Positions 1-9,010 of a DNA stretch of 64,000 nucleotides are shown here, one piece after another. Each line of letters starts with the position of its first letter. The stretch's first letter is position 1. Under the pieces are notes generated by a model. The model saw only the letters and a program-made list of their open reading frames with translations. It was not told the origin of the DNA and made no database searches. The translations under genes and the position numbers were made by a program. The stretch is from an uncultured bacterium (GTDB lineage: Bacteria; JAHJDO01), in NCBI GenBank assembly GCA_964437505.1, contig CAYTGU010000006.1, positions 5,400-69,399 on the forward strand, given 5' to 3'.

Positions 1-219
1 ATAAAGATTAAATTAGGAAGAAGAACCTTTCTTATTGATTCACGTCCAAGTGATGCGATAGCTTTGGCATTGCGTGCTGAGGTTCCTATTCTTGTTGATG
101 AGGAGGTAATTAAGCAAGCCACAACTGTTGATGTTACAGAAGTCGGAGACAAGACAAAAGATTTTGAAGGTCTTTTAAAGGATTTAAAAGTAGAGGACTT
201 TAGCAAGTACAGGATGTGA
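1..219 (+). CDS. Bifunctional nuclease family protein (DUF151), 3' part only
   Basis: Frame 1 reads IKIKLGRRTFLIDSRPSDAIALALRAEVPILVDEEV...KYRM*, stop TGA 217-219; DSRPSDAIALA is the DUF151 signature. Not in ORF track. Confidence 0.8.
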   Translation: MKIKLGRRTFLIDSRPSDAIALALRAEVPILVDEEVIKQATTVDVTEVGDKTKDFEGLLKDLKVEDFSKYRM

Positions 220-237
220 CAAAGAAAAGGAGATACA

Positions 238-1083
238 ATGAACATCGGGAATATACCTGTTATATCTGTTAAAGGCAGAACTTTGGCAGAGGCATGGGAG
301 AAGGCAGTGCTTGAGACATGGAATAAGGGTTTCCAGATAAAAACAGAATATGATAAAAAAGATGATCCTCCTAGCAGAGATTGTACAATGATAATGGTTG
401 TAGATGATCCCTTTGCTGAGCCGCGAATTCACCGCGCTTTTCCAGCGGGGCTTGAGGAGTTAGAGATCTACCGCCAGGAAGTAATAGAAGGTGTTCATGA
501 TCACTGGATTAGTCCCGAAGAAGGGAAATGGACATACACATATCACAAACGACTTTTTGCGTATGAAACAGAGGGCACAGAGATTAATCAGATAGATTAT
601 ATTGTAAATAAGTTAGCGCAGACTCCCTATAGCCGTAGAGCTCAGGCAATAACATGGAATCCTAAAACCGACCCGCCTACATATGATCCGCCATGTCTTC
701 AAAGATGCTGGTTTAGACTTTCAAGAAATGAGCATAAGAGATTAGTATTGAATATGAATACACATTGGCGTTCAAGAGATGGCTTTAAGGCTGCATTTAT
801 GAACATATTTGCCTTAACTGATCTACAGAAACTGATAGCTGTGCGTATAAGTAAGAAGGTTCATGAACAAGTTGTTGTTGGTAGGTATGCTGACATAACA
901 GACAGTTTTCATATCTATGGTTCGTATTTTAAACAATTTCAGGATTTTTTAAATACTGTAAAGAATCGCAGTTTTCAGGAGAGAACATGGACAAGCGAGT
1001 TCTGCGAGCCGTTCTTTGAAGAAGGAAGAAAAAGGCTTAAAGACGAATTGGATAAAGAGCAGAGTGCCGGAGGCCGGACTTGA
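238..1083 (+). CDS. thyA: Thymidylate synthase, archaeal/methanogen-like ThyA type
   Basis: YTYHKRL, SRRAQAITW, PPCLQ (catalytic Cys), RSRD, FMN, SFHIY motifs. Confidence 0.82.
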   Translation: MNIGNIPVISVKGRTLAEAWEKAVLETWNKGFQIKTEYDKKDDPPSRDCTMIMVVDDPFAEPRIHRAFPAGLEELEIYRQEVIEGVHDHWISPEEGKWTYTYHKRLFAYETEGTEINQIDYIVNKLAQTPYSRRAQAITWNPKTDPPTYDPPCLQRCWFRLSRNEHKRLVLNMNTHWRSRDGFKAAFMNIFALTDLQKLIAVRISKKVHEQVVVGRYADITDSFHIYGSYFKQFQDFLNTVKNRSFQERTWTSEFCEPFFEEGRKRLKDELDKEQSAGGRT

Positions 1084-1149
1084 ACCGGCATGAACTAAAA
1101 GTTCGAGGGATTTTAAGTCCCTTGCGTCTGCCAATTTCGCCACTCCGGC
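1065..1149 (-). tRNA. tRNA-Leu(TAA), CCA not encoded
   Basis: Reverse complement folds: acceptor GCCGGAG/CTCCGGC, anticodon arm AGGGA-CTTAAAA-TCCCT, long variable arm GAAC/GTTC, T arm GCCGG-TTCAAGT-CCGGC. Confidence 0.95.
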
Positions 1150-1158
1150 AGAAGTGTT

Positions 1159-1233
<75 letters not shown>

Positions 1234-1261
1234 GTACTATAGTTCCTAAATTGACGAAGTT

Positions 1262-1290
1262 ATGATAGCTATTTTAGCAGTTTCAGTCAA
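1262..1290 (-). promoter_or_regulatory. sigma70-type promoter for the tRNA-Cys/tRNA-Leu pair
   Basis: Minus strand TTGACT-17 bp-TATCAT, 28 bp upstream of tRNA-Cys. Confidence 0.7.
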
Positions 1291-1297
1291 TAAGTAA

Positions 1298-1326
1298 TTG
1301 AAGCAGTATAAAGTGTATGCTATCAT
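1298..1326 (+). promoter_or_regulatory. sigma70-type promoter for rpmE, back-to-back with the tRNA promoter
   Basis: TTGAAG-17 bp-TATCAT, 35 bp upstream of the rpmE ATG. Confidence 0.55.
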
Positions 1327-1361
1327 TGTCTTGAATTGAAACAAAATAAGGAAAAAGCATT

Positions 1362-1559
1362 ATGAAAAAAGGTATTCATCCCGAATATTATGAAACTACC
1401 GTTACATGCGCCTGTGGAGAGGTTATTCACACGCGTTCTACAAGGAAAAATATCAGAGTAGAGATTTGTTCAAAGTGTCATCCTTTTTATACAGGCAAAC
1501 AAAGGTTTGTTGATAGTGCTGGAAGAGTTGAAAAGTTTAAGAAAAAATATAATCTCTGA
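1362..1559 (+). CDS. rpmE: 50S ribosomal protein L31 (zinc-binding type)
   Basis: [12 protein letters not shown]...[16 protein letters not shown]. Confidence 0.97.
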   Translation: MKKGIHPEYYETTVTCACGEVIHTRSTRKNIRVEICSKCHPFYTGKQRFVDSAGRVEKFKKKYNL

Positions 1560-1571
1560 GTGAGAAAGTTC

Positions 1572-1620
1572 AAATTCGAAGCACGAAGCACTAAATACGA
1601 AACAATATCAAATGCACAAA
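1572..1620 (+). repeat. Solo heptamer-period repeat arm
   Basis: AAATTCG AAGCACG AAGCACT AAATACG AAACAA TATCAAAT: four 7-mers plus AAACAA, the same layout as the arms around the gene at 20280. Confidence 0.55.
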
Positions 1621-1637
1621 GAAGAAGATGTTAAATT

Positions 1638-4205
1638 ATGACAGGTAAATGGCATAAAGATTGGCCTGTGTTAAAAGATTATGACTCTCAGCATCTTCGA
1701 CGAGTTGCTCTGCCTCTGGGAGGTATCGGAACAGGTACAGTATCGCTCGGTGGACGTGGTGACTTGAGGGATTGGGAAATTGTCAATCAACCAAGTAAAG
1801 GATTCAAGCCAGCATGTGCTTTTTTTGCTCTGTACGCTAAGACGACAAAGGGTAACGTTGTAACCCGGGCGCTTGAAGGTGCGATTGATCCAGAGGATTA
1901 TGAAGGTGCTTCTGGTTGTACGATTCCAAACCATAGTTTACCGCGTTTCCAGAATTGTTCTTTTGCCGCAACATATCCCTTTGGACAGGTATTTCTGTCA
2001 GATCCTGAGCTACCGCTTGAGGTGCGGATCGAAGCATTCAATCCTCTAATCCCGGGGGATTCTGAAAATAGTGGTATTCCGGTTGCAGTTCTGCGTTATG
2101 TGTTGATTAATAAAACAAACAAACCGGTTGATGCCACAGTCTGCGGCAGTATGGAAAATTTTATCGGAAAGGACGGTATAAGTGGCAATTCTAAAAATAA
2201 TGCGAATGCTTTCCGAAGCGAATCAAACCCGAAATTACAAGGTATTTTTATGAATTCCGAGGGGGTTAATCCTCATTCTGAGCAGTTTGGTACTATGGCA
2301 CTGACCACCATCGAAGCTACAGGTATAAGCTATCGCACTGCCTGGCCTTCCTATAGCTGGGGTAATACAATACTTGATTTCTGGGATGACCTGAGTGATG
2401 ACGGAAGACTGGATGAAAGGGAATTACCGCAAGGCGTTGACAACCCTATATCTTCACTTGCTGTAGGCCTTAATATTTTACCAAAAAGCACAAAGTCTGT
2501 GACATTTCTCCTGACATGGCATTTCCCAAATCGTATGACGTGGACTCCTCAATCTAAGGATCAGAATCAGTCGAGTTGCTGCGAGGGAAGCAAGTGTTGT
2601 GAAGATAATAATCCAGACCGCATTGGGAACTACTACACGACAAAATATCAAGACGCCTGGGATGTAGCGGTGAAAACCTATCCGGTACTGCCGGAGCTCG
2701 AAGCTGATACGGTCAAGTTTGTCCGGGCTTTTTGCGAGGCTGATCTTCCAGTGGTCGTAAAAGAAGCGGCTCTGTTCAATCTCAGCACACTGCGCAGCCA
2801 GACCTGCTTCCGAACGGAAGATGGACGTTTCTACGGCTGGGAAGGCTGTAGCGATAAAGGCGGTTCCTGCTACGGATCATGTACTCATGTATGGAATTAC
2901 GAACAGGCAACGGCATTCCTGTTCGGTGAATTAGCAAAAAAGATGAGGGAGGTTGAATTTTTACATGCAACCGATGATCAAGGCTTGATGAGTTTCAGAG
3001 TTAATTTGCCAATAAATCGTGCATCAGAGTTGAAGCTTGCCGCAGCCGATGGGCAGTCGGGATGTTTTATGAAGCTATATCGGGACTGGCAACTCTCTGG
3101 CGATGATGAGATGTTGAGATCACTCTGGGATAAAGTTAAGAAGGCATTAGAGTTCTATTGGATTCCAGGTGGCTGGGATGCTGACATGGATGGCGTCATG
3201 GAGGGCTGCCAGCATAACACGATGGATGTAGAGTACTACGGTCCCAATCCACAGATGGGTACATGGTATCTTGGCGCTCTACGAGCTGTAGAGGAGATGG
3301 CGCGATACTTGGGCGACACGGAATTTTCTGCCACTTGCCGCAACCTTTTTAAAAATGGAAGCAGATGGATGGATCAGAACCTGTTCAATGAAGAATACTA
3401 CGAGCATGAGATACATCCGCCAGTTGATGAATTCGCGATCGCGCCAGGTCTGCGCTCCAGTATGGGAGGCAAAAACCTTGCTAATCCAGAACTGCAATTG
3501 GGCTCTGGATGTCTTGTAGATCAACTCGTCGGTCAATATATGTCTCATATCTGCGGATTGGGTTATCTGCTGGATAAGAACCATGTTCGCACTACTCTGC
3601 GGAGTGTTTTAAAATATAACTTCAAACAGAGCCTTTATAACCATTTTAACCATCTTCGCAGTTTCGCGCTTAATGAAGAATCGGCAATACTCATGGCAAC
3701 CTATCCTAAGGGACGTAAACCGAGACAACCATTTCCGTATTGCAACGAAGTAATGACCGGTTTCGAATACACTGCTGCAGTAGGGATGCTCTACGAAGGA
3801 CAAATTAAAGAAGGCCTGAAAGTGATACAAGCGACTCGCAATCGTTACGATGGGCGGAAGCGAAGTCCTTTTGATGAGGCGGAATGTGGACATCATTATG
3901 CGCGAGCTATGGCTTCGTGGGCTTCAGTATTAGCCTTAACCGGTTTTCAATATTCAGGAGTTGAAAAGAGCATGACATTCACCGCTAGCGACGGTGTTTA
4001 TTTCTGGTCAAATGGGTACGCTTGGGGGACATGCAAGCAAGAAACAGTTAATAAAGAAGTAAAGGTAAAGCTGACAGTGCTTCATGGTTCACTTAATCTC
4101 AAGCGATTTAAATTGACTGGCATGGGTTGCGTAGATTTTTCTAAGCAAAAGAACGTTGGCACAGGAAAAAGCCTTTCACTGGAATTGAAAGGCTCTGGAA
4201 AATAG
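1638..4205 (+). CDS. GH116-family glycoside hydrolase (GBA2-like), no signal peptide
   Basis: N-terminal PLGGIGTG...GDLRDW, FNPLIPGD..S.IP, FYGWEG, SCTHVWNY, HNTMD, NEVMTGFEY, FDEAECGHHYARAMASW. Confidence 0.85.
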   Translation: MTGKWHKDWPVLKDYDSQHLRRVALPLGGIGTGTVSLGGRGDLRDWEIVNQPSKGFKPACAFFALYAKTTKGNVVTRALEGAIDPEDYEGASGCTIPNHSLPRFQNCSFAATYPFGQVFLSDPELPLEVRIEAFNPLIPGDSENSGIPVAVLRYVLINKTNKPVDATVCGSMENFIGKDGISGNSKNNANAFRSESNPKLQGIFMNSEGVNPHSEQFGTMALTTIEATGISYRTAWPSYSWGNTILDFWDDLSDDGRLDERELPQGVDNPISSLAVGLNILPKSTKSVTFLLTWHFPNRMTWTPQSKDQNQSSCCEGSKCCEDNNPDRIGNYYTTKYQDAWDVAVKTYPVLPELEADTVKFVRAFCEADLPVVVKEAALFNLSTLRSQTCFRTEDGRFYGWEGCSDKGGSCYGSCTHVWNYEQATAFLFGELAKKMREVEFLHATDDQGLMSFRVNLPINRASELKLAAADGQSGCFMKLYRDWQLSGDDEMLRSLWDKVKKALEFYWIPGGWDADMDGVMEGCQHNTMDVEYYGPNPQMGTWYLGALRAVEEMARYLGDTEFSATCRNLFKNGSRWMDQNLFNEEYYEHEIHPPVDEFAIAPGLRSSMGGKNLANPELQLGSGCLVDQLVGQYMSHICGLGYLLDKNHVRTTLRSVLKYNFKQSLYNHFNHLRSFALNEESAILMATYPKGRKPRQPFPYCNEVMTGFEYTAAVGMLYEGQIKEGLKVIQATRNRYDGRKRSPFDEAECGHHYARAMASWASVLALTGFQYSGVEKSMTFTASDGVYFWSNGYAWGTCKQETVNKEVKVKLTVLHGSLNLKRFKLTGMGCVDFSKQKNVGTGKSLSLELKGSGK

Positions 4206-4243
4206 TATCTGAACACAGAATATTTATCTAAACAAGGTCTATT

Positions 4244-5302
4244 ATGCTGTTAGACAAATTAGATAGTATCAAAAAAAGGGGCAATGAACTCACTGAATTG
4301 ATGAGTGACCCTCAAGTTATAGCTAATAGGGACATGTATCAGAAGTATGCTAAGGAATATACTGATATAAAAGATATAATAAAGGAGTATGAGATATATA
4401 AGGAAATTTTGAACGACATATCAAAGAACAAGGAAATTCTCTCAAACCCCGCTGAAGAAAAAGATTTTCTGGAACTAGTTGAATCAGAGATAGCGGATTT
4501 AGGGGGCAAGAAAGACAAGGTAGAGGACAATCTTAGAACATTGCTGGATCCAGAGGCGCGCGATTGGAACAAAGATATTATTATGGAAATACGTGGTGGT
4601 GCTGGCGGAGATGAAGCTAGTCTTTTTGCTGAAGACCTATTTCGTATGTATAGCAAGTATGCTGAGAAAAAAGGGTGGAAGATTGAAATTCTCTCATCAC
4701 ATCTAAGGGAATTAGGCGGTTTTAGAGAGGTGATTTTCGCAGTAAAAGGAAAGAATGTTTATAGAAGATTGAGATTTGAGAGTGGAACGCATCGTGTTCA
4801 AAGGGTTCCTGTTACTGAGACCAGTGGTCGTATTCATACATCCACTGCTACTGTGGCAGTACTTCCTGAACCTGAAGATATTGAAGTTAAAATAAATCCG
4901 CAGGAATTAAAAATTGATACATTTAGAGCCTCAGGAGCTGGAGGTCAACATGTTAATAAAACAGACTCAGCAGTTAGAATAACCCATATACCAACGAATC
5001 TGGTTGTTGAGTGTCAGGACGAAAGGTCACAGCATAAAAACAGAGTTAAGGCAATGAGAGTATTAAGAGCCCGTTTACTGCATAAGGTGAAAAAAGATCA
5101 GCAGAAACAGATTTCTCAGGATAGAAAAAATCAGGTTGGCACAGGAGATAGAAGTGAAAAGATTCGCACGTATAATTTCTCCCAAGCACGAATTACAAAT
5201 CATCGTATAAATTTTACTTCTCATAATCTTCAGGCTTTTCTTCAAGGTGATATGGATGGATTAATAGAAGCTGAATTATCAGTGGGTTTTAAGCGAGATT
5301 GA
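4244..5302 (+). CDS. prfA: Peptide chain release factor 1
   Basis: HRVQRVPVTE (PxT), GAGGQHVN; between rpmE and prmC. Confidence 0.97.
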   Translation: MLLDKLDSIKKRGNELTELMSDPQVIANRDMYQKYAKEYTDIKDIIKEYEIYKEILNDISKNKEILSNPAEEKDFLELVESEIADLGGKKDKVEDNLRTLLDPEARDWNKDIIMEIRGGAGGDEASLFAEDLFRMYSKYAEKKGWKIEILSSHLRELGGFREVIFAVKGKNVYRRLRFESGTHRVQRVPVTETSGRIHTSTATVAVLPEPEDIEVKINPQELKIDTFRASGAGGQHVNKTDSAVRITHIPTNLVVECQDERSQHKNRVKAMRVLRARLLHKVKKDQQKQISQDRKNQVGTGDRSEKIRTYNFSQARITNHRINFTSHNLQAFLQGDMDGLIEAELSVGFKRD

Positions 5303-6165
5303 AGATTAAAGAATTAATTCTTCGCACAACAGATTATCTCACAAGGCATAATATTTCCTCTCCCCGTTTGGATGCAGAAATCTTACTGGCGTATGTCTTA
5401 AAAAAAGAAAGAATATTTCTATATCTTAATTGGGATAGCATTCTTAAAGAAGACACCCTGGACATTTTCAGGAAACTTGTTCTAAAAAGGTCGAAGCACA
5501 CACCTGTTGCATATTTAACAAGGCATAAAGAGTTTATGTCTGTTGATTTTGAAGTAAATGAAAAGGTATTGATTCCCAGGCCTGAGACTGAAGTATTAGT
5601 TGAAGCAGTATTATCCCGAATGCTTTCGGGACAACCAAATAGAGAATGGGTAGCAATTGATATAGGAACAGGTTGTGGGAATATAGCAGTTACTCTTGCC
5701 AAAAATCAGAATATCAGGATCTATGCTTCGGACATCTCAGAAGATGCATTGAACATCTCCATGAGAAATGCCAAAAACAGGAGAGTAGAGAAGTCAATAA
5801 GATTTCTTTGCGGAGACTTGTTCAAGGCATTTAATGGTCTCAACCTTGATAAAAAGATTGATTTTATTGTATCCAATCCTCCTTATGTTTCTTCAGCGGA
5901 TTTTGAAAAATTACCTATTGATATAAAGCAATTTGAACCTAGGATTGCTCTTGACGGTGGAGTTAGAGGTATGGATTTTTATCCTGAACTAATTAAAGGC
6001 GCAGCGGAATTTTTAAAACCACATGGATTTCTTCTTATGGAAATAGGATATGGACAGGTTGAAGAGGTTAAAAAACTTGTTTCCTTAAGTAAAGCATTCT
6101 TAGAGCCCAAAATTGTTATGGATTATGGGGGAATTGAGAGAGTAGTTATCTGCACGCGTTCTTGA
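5299..6165 (+). CDS. prmC: Release factor glutamine methyltransferase HemK/PrmC
   Basis: VLIPRPETE, DIGTGCG, SNPPY, EP..ALDGG; TTG start overlaps the prfA stop. Confidence 0.95.
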   Translation: MKIKELILRTTDYLTRHNISSPRLDAEILLAYVLKKERIFLYLNWDSILKEDTLDIFRKLVLKRSKHTPVAYLTRHKEFMSVDFEVNEKVLIPRPETEVLVEAVLSRMLSGQPNREWVAIDIGTGCGNIAVTLAKNQNIRIYASDISEDALNISMRNAKNRRVEKSIRFLCGDLFKAFNGLNLDKKIDFIVSNPPYVSSADFEKLPIDIKQFEPRIALDGGVRGMDFYPELIKGAAEFLKPHGFLLMEIGYGQVEEVKKLVSLSKAFLEPKIVMDYGGIERVVICTRS

Positions 6166-6190
6166 CATTGTGTGTTTCTTTCGGTACAAT
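6162..6190 (+). promoter_or_regulatory. sigma70 promoter for the pilus machinery operon
   Basis: TTGACA-17 bp-TACAAT overlapping the prmC stop; supports GTG 6220 as the downstream start. Confidence 0.75.
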
Positions 6191-6219
6191 TCGCACAACT
6201 GATTTTGGAGAAAGACAAA

Positions 6220-7932
6220 GTGGTAGAAGATAATAAAAAGTTTCTGGGAGAAATACTTCAAGACATAGGTTTGATCTCAGAAAAGCAGTTGGAAACTGCC
6301 TTAGCAGAGCAGCGACAAACAGGTGAAAGACTTGGGAATATACTGATAAAGCTTGGATATATAGATAATGAAGGACTTTGTAAGGCATTAGCTTCTCAGT
6401 TTGGGTTGAAGACGATAAATATATCTGAATATAATATTGCACAGGAAGTGATAGATAAAGTTCCTCAATCAGTTGCAAAAAAACATAAAATTATACCTTT
6501 GGAATTTGAAAATAATATTTTAACGATTGCTATGGCTAGTCCACTGAATCTTCTTGCGTTGGATAATCTAAGAATAGTGCTGAATTGCGAAGTTGAAGGA
6601 TTGTTAGCTACAGAAGAACAGATCGAAAGTTCCCTGGAAAGATATTATGGTGTCAGGGAAGAAACAATTGATAGCATGCTTCAAGAGTTGAGTGAACAGG
6701 ATATAGATTTTGTTGGTGGTGAAGTTGCAGAGGAAGAAGAAGAGATCTCGGATGAAGCACCAGTTATAAAACTGGTTAGTTTGCTAATACTGGAAGCACT
6801 TCGTGCCAGAGCAAGTGATATACATATTGAACCTCTAGAGGGGAGATTTAGGGTGCGCTACCGCGTAGATGGAGTATTACATGAAGTGCCTGCGCCGCCT
6901 AAAAGGCTGGAGAAATCAGTAATCTCCCGTATCAAGATTATGTCTGGTATGAACATTGCAGAAAAGAGACTTCCTCAGGATGGTAAAATAAGATTGTCCT
7001 TGTTAGGAAAAGATATTGACTTGCGTGTATCAGCTTTGCCTGCAATACATGGGGAAAGTGTTGTATTAAGAATCCTTGATAAGAGTAGTTTATTATTAGG
7101 CATGGCTGAACTGGGCTTCTTAGAAAAGGATATGAAAAAGTTTGAGTCGCTGATTGCATCACCTAATGGTATTATTCTTGTAACAGGTCCAACAGGTAGT
7201 GGTAAAACAACAACTCTTTATGCAGCTCTTAATAAGATAAATCAGCCGGACAGAAAATTGATAACAGTTGAGGAACCTGTTGAATACCAGTTAACAGGTA
7301 TCAATCAGGTTAATGTAAAAAGCGAGATTGGATTGACATTTGCTAGTGTTTTAAGATCTATGTTGAGACAGGCTCCTGATATTATAATGGTTGGAGAGAT
7401 TCGAGACGATGAAACAGCAGAGATTGCTATAAGATCTGCTTTAACAGGTCACCTTGTATTCTCCACGCTTCACACTAATGATGCTCCCAGCGCAGTAACA
7501 CGTCTTATTGATATGGGAATAAAGCCTTTCTTGGTGGCTTCGTCAATTCAGGCAGTTCTTGCACAGAGGTTGGTCAGAACAATCTGTCCAGAATGCAAAG
7601 AAGCATATACTCCAAGAAAAGATGAAATTTTACAAATAGAAAGAGCATTTAATAAAAAGGGTATGGGTAAAGTACAGTTCTATATAGGTAAAGGGTGTCC
7701 AAAGTGCTCTCAGACAGGTTATAAAGGGAGGATAGGTATTTTTGAATTACTCGTACTCAATAGCGAGATTCGCTCATTAATTCTTAAGAGAACATCAAGC
7801 GCAGAAATTAGAAAAAAGGCGTGTGAGCTTGGAATGAAGACCCTAAGGCAGGATGGTTTAGAAAAAGTTGTGATGGGAATGACTACACTTTCTGAGGTGG
7901 AACGAGTAACTCAAAAAGATGTAGAATTGTAA
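6220..7932 (+). CDS. PilB/GspE-family extension ATPase 1 with MshEN-like N-terminus
   Basis: LGEIL..GLI...QL..AL.EQ and RLGNILIKLG; GPTGSGKTTT; LRQAPDIIMVGEIRD; CPEC/CPKC. Start moved from track 6172 to GTG 6220 (GGAG RBS; promoter position). Confidence 0.92.
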   Translation: MVEDNKKFLGEILQDIGLISEKQLETALAEQRQTGERLGNILIKLGYIDNEGLCKALASQFGLKTINISEYNIAQEVIDKVPQSVAKKHKIIPLEFENNILTIAMASPLNLLALDNLRIVLNCEVEGLLATEEQIESSLERYYGVREETIDSMLQELSEQDIDFVGGEVAEEEEEISDEAPVIKLVSLLILEALRARASDIHIEPLEGRFRVRYRVDGVLHEVPAPPKRLEKSVISRIKIMSGMNIAEKRLPQDGKIRLSLLGKDIDLRVSALPAIHGESVVLRILDKSSLLLGMAELGFLEKDMKKFESLIASPNGIILVTGPTGSGKTTTLYAALNKINQPDRKLITVEEPVEYQLTGINQVNVKSEIGLTFASVLRSMLRQAPDIIMVGEIRDDETAEIAIRSALTGHLVFSTLHTNDAPSAVTRLIDMGIKPFLVASSIQAVLAQRLVRTICPECKEAYTPRKDEILQIERAFNKKGMGKVQFYIGKGCPKCSQTGYKGRIGIFELLVLNSEIRSLILKRTSSAEIRKKACELGMKTLRQDGLEKVVMGMTTLSEVERVTQKDVEL

Positions 7933-7945
7933 GGAGCAATATAAA

Positions 7946-9010
7946 ATGGAGATGAATGAACTGCTAAAAATCGTTGTAGACAGGAATGCTTCTGACATAC
8001 ACTTAGTAGTAGGGAAGCCTCCTGTTTTACGTATAGATGGAAGACTGGATGTTCTTGACTTTGAGGAGCTGAAAAACGAGGACACAGAGAAGTTAATGAA
8101 AAGTATTACCTCAGAACATCAGCAGCAAAAACTACAAGAGATGGGGGGAACAGATTTTGGTTTTTCTTTTGGGGATATAGCAAGATTCCGTGTAGCCATT
8201 TATAAAGAAAGAGGAAATACTTCAATTGCAATGAGACTCATTCCGATGAAACTTTTGACATTTGATGAGTTGGGATTATCTGAGCAAGTTAAACAGCTTA
8301 TGTATAGACCACGCGGACTGGTCCTTGTAACAGGACCAACCGGCTGTGGTAAGACAACAACACTTGCCACAATGATTGATTATATAGCGAGAAATAGAGA
8401 TACTCATATAATAACAATTGAAGATCCTATAGAGTATTACCATACTCATCATAATGGTGTTATGTCTCAGAGAGAGTTGGGTGTAGATGTTCCTTCGTTC
8501 TCTGAAGCTCTCACCAGAGCCCTAAGGCAGGATCCTGATGTTATAATGGTGGGAGAGATGAGGGATCTAGGTACAATGGAGGCTGCTATTTCAGCTGCGG
8601 AAACCGGGCATTTGGTATTAGCAACCTTGCATACAACAGGCGCTGCAGCCACAATTGACAGAATAGTTGACGCTTTTCCTACTGCGCAGCAGGAACAAAT
8701 AAGAACGCAATTATCTGAATCTCTTGTAGCAGTAATTTCTCAGCAATTAATTCCCAGAACCACAGGAGGAAGAATAGCATCTTATGAGATAATGGTAGCT
8801 ACTTCAGCTATAAAGAATCTAATAAGGGAGAAGAAGTCTTATCGAATAATCTCCTCTATTCAAACAGGGAAAAAGCTCGGCATGAAAACAATGGATGATG
8901 CTCTAACAGAGCTTTACAATAGCAAAACAATAAGCTACGAAGAGTATATTACACGTTGTTATAGTGTAGCAGATGCTGAAGTAAAGGCAGGAGAAAAGAA
9001 AAATGACTAG
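7946..9010 (+). CDS. pilT: Type IV pilus retraction ATPase PilT
   Basis: ASDIHL..G.PP..RIDG, GPTGCGKTTT, ALRQDPDVIMVGEMRD, AIKNLIRE. Confidence 0.93.
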   Translation: MEMNELLKIVVDRNASDIHLVVGKPPVLRIDGRLDVLDFEELKNEDTEKLMKSITSEHQQQKLQEMGGTDFGFSFGDIARFRVAIYKERGNTSIAMRLIPMKLLTFDELGLSEQVKQLMYRPRGLVLVTGPTGCGKTTTLATMIDYIARNRDTHIITIEDPIEYYHTHHNGVMSQRELGVDVPSFSEALTRALRQDPDVIMVGEMRDLGTMEAAISAAETGHLVLATLHTTGAAATIDRIVDAFPTAQQEQIRTQLSESLVAVISQQLIPRTTGGRIASYEIMVATSAIKNLIREKKSYRIISSIQTGKKLGMKTMDDALTELYNSKTISYEEYITRCYSVADAEVKAGEKKND

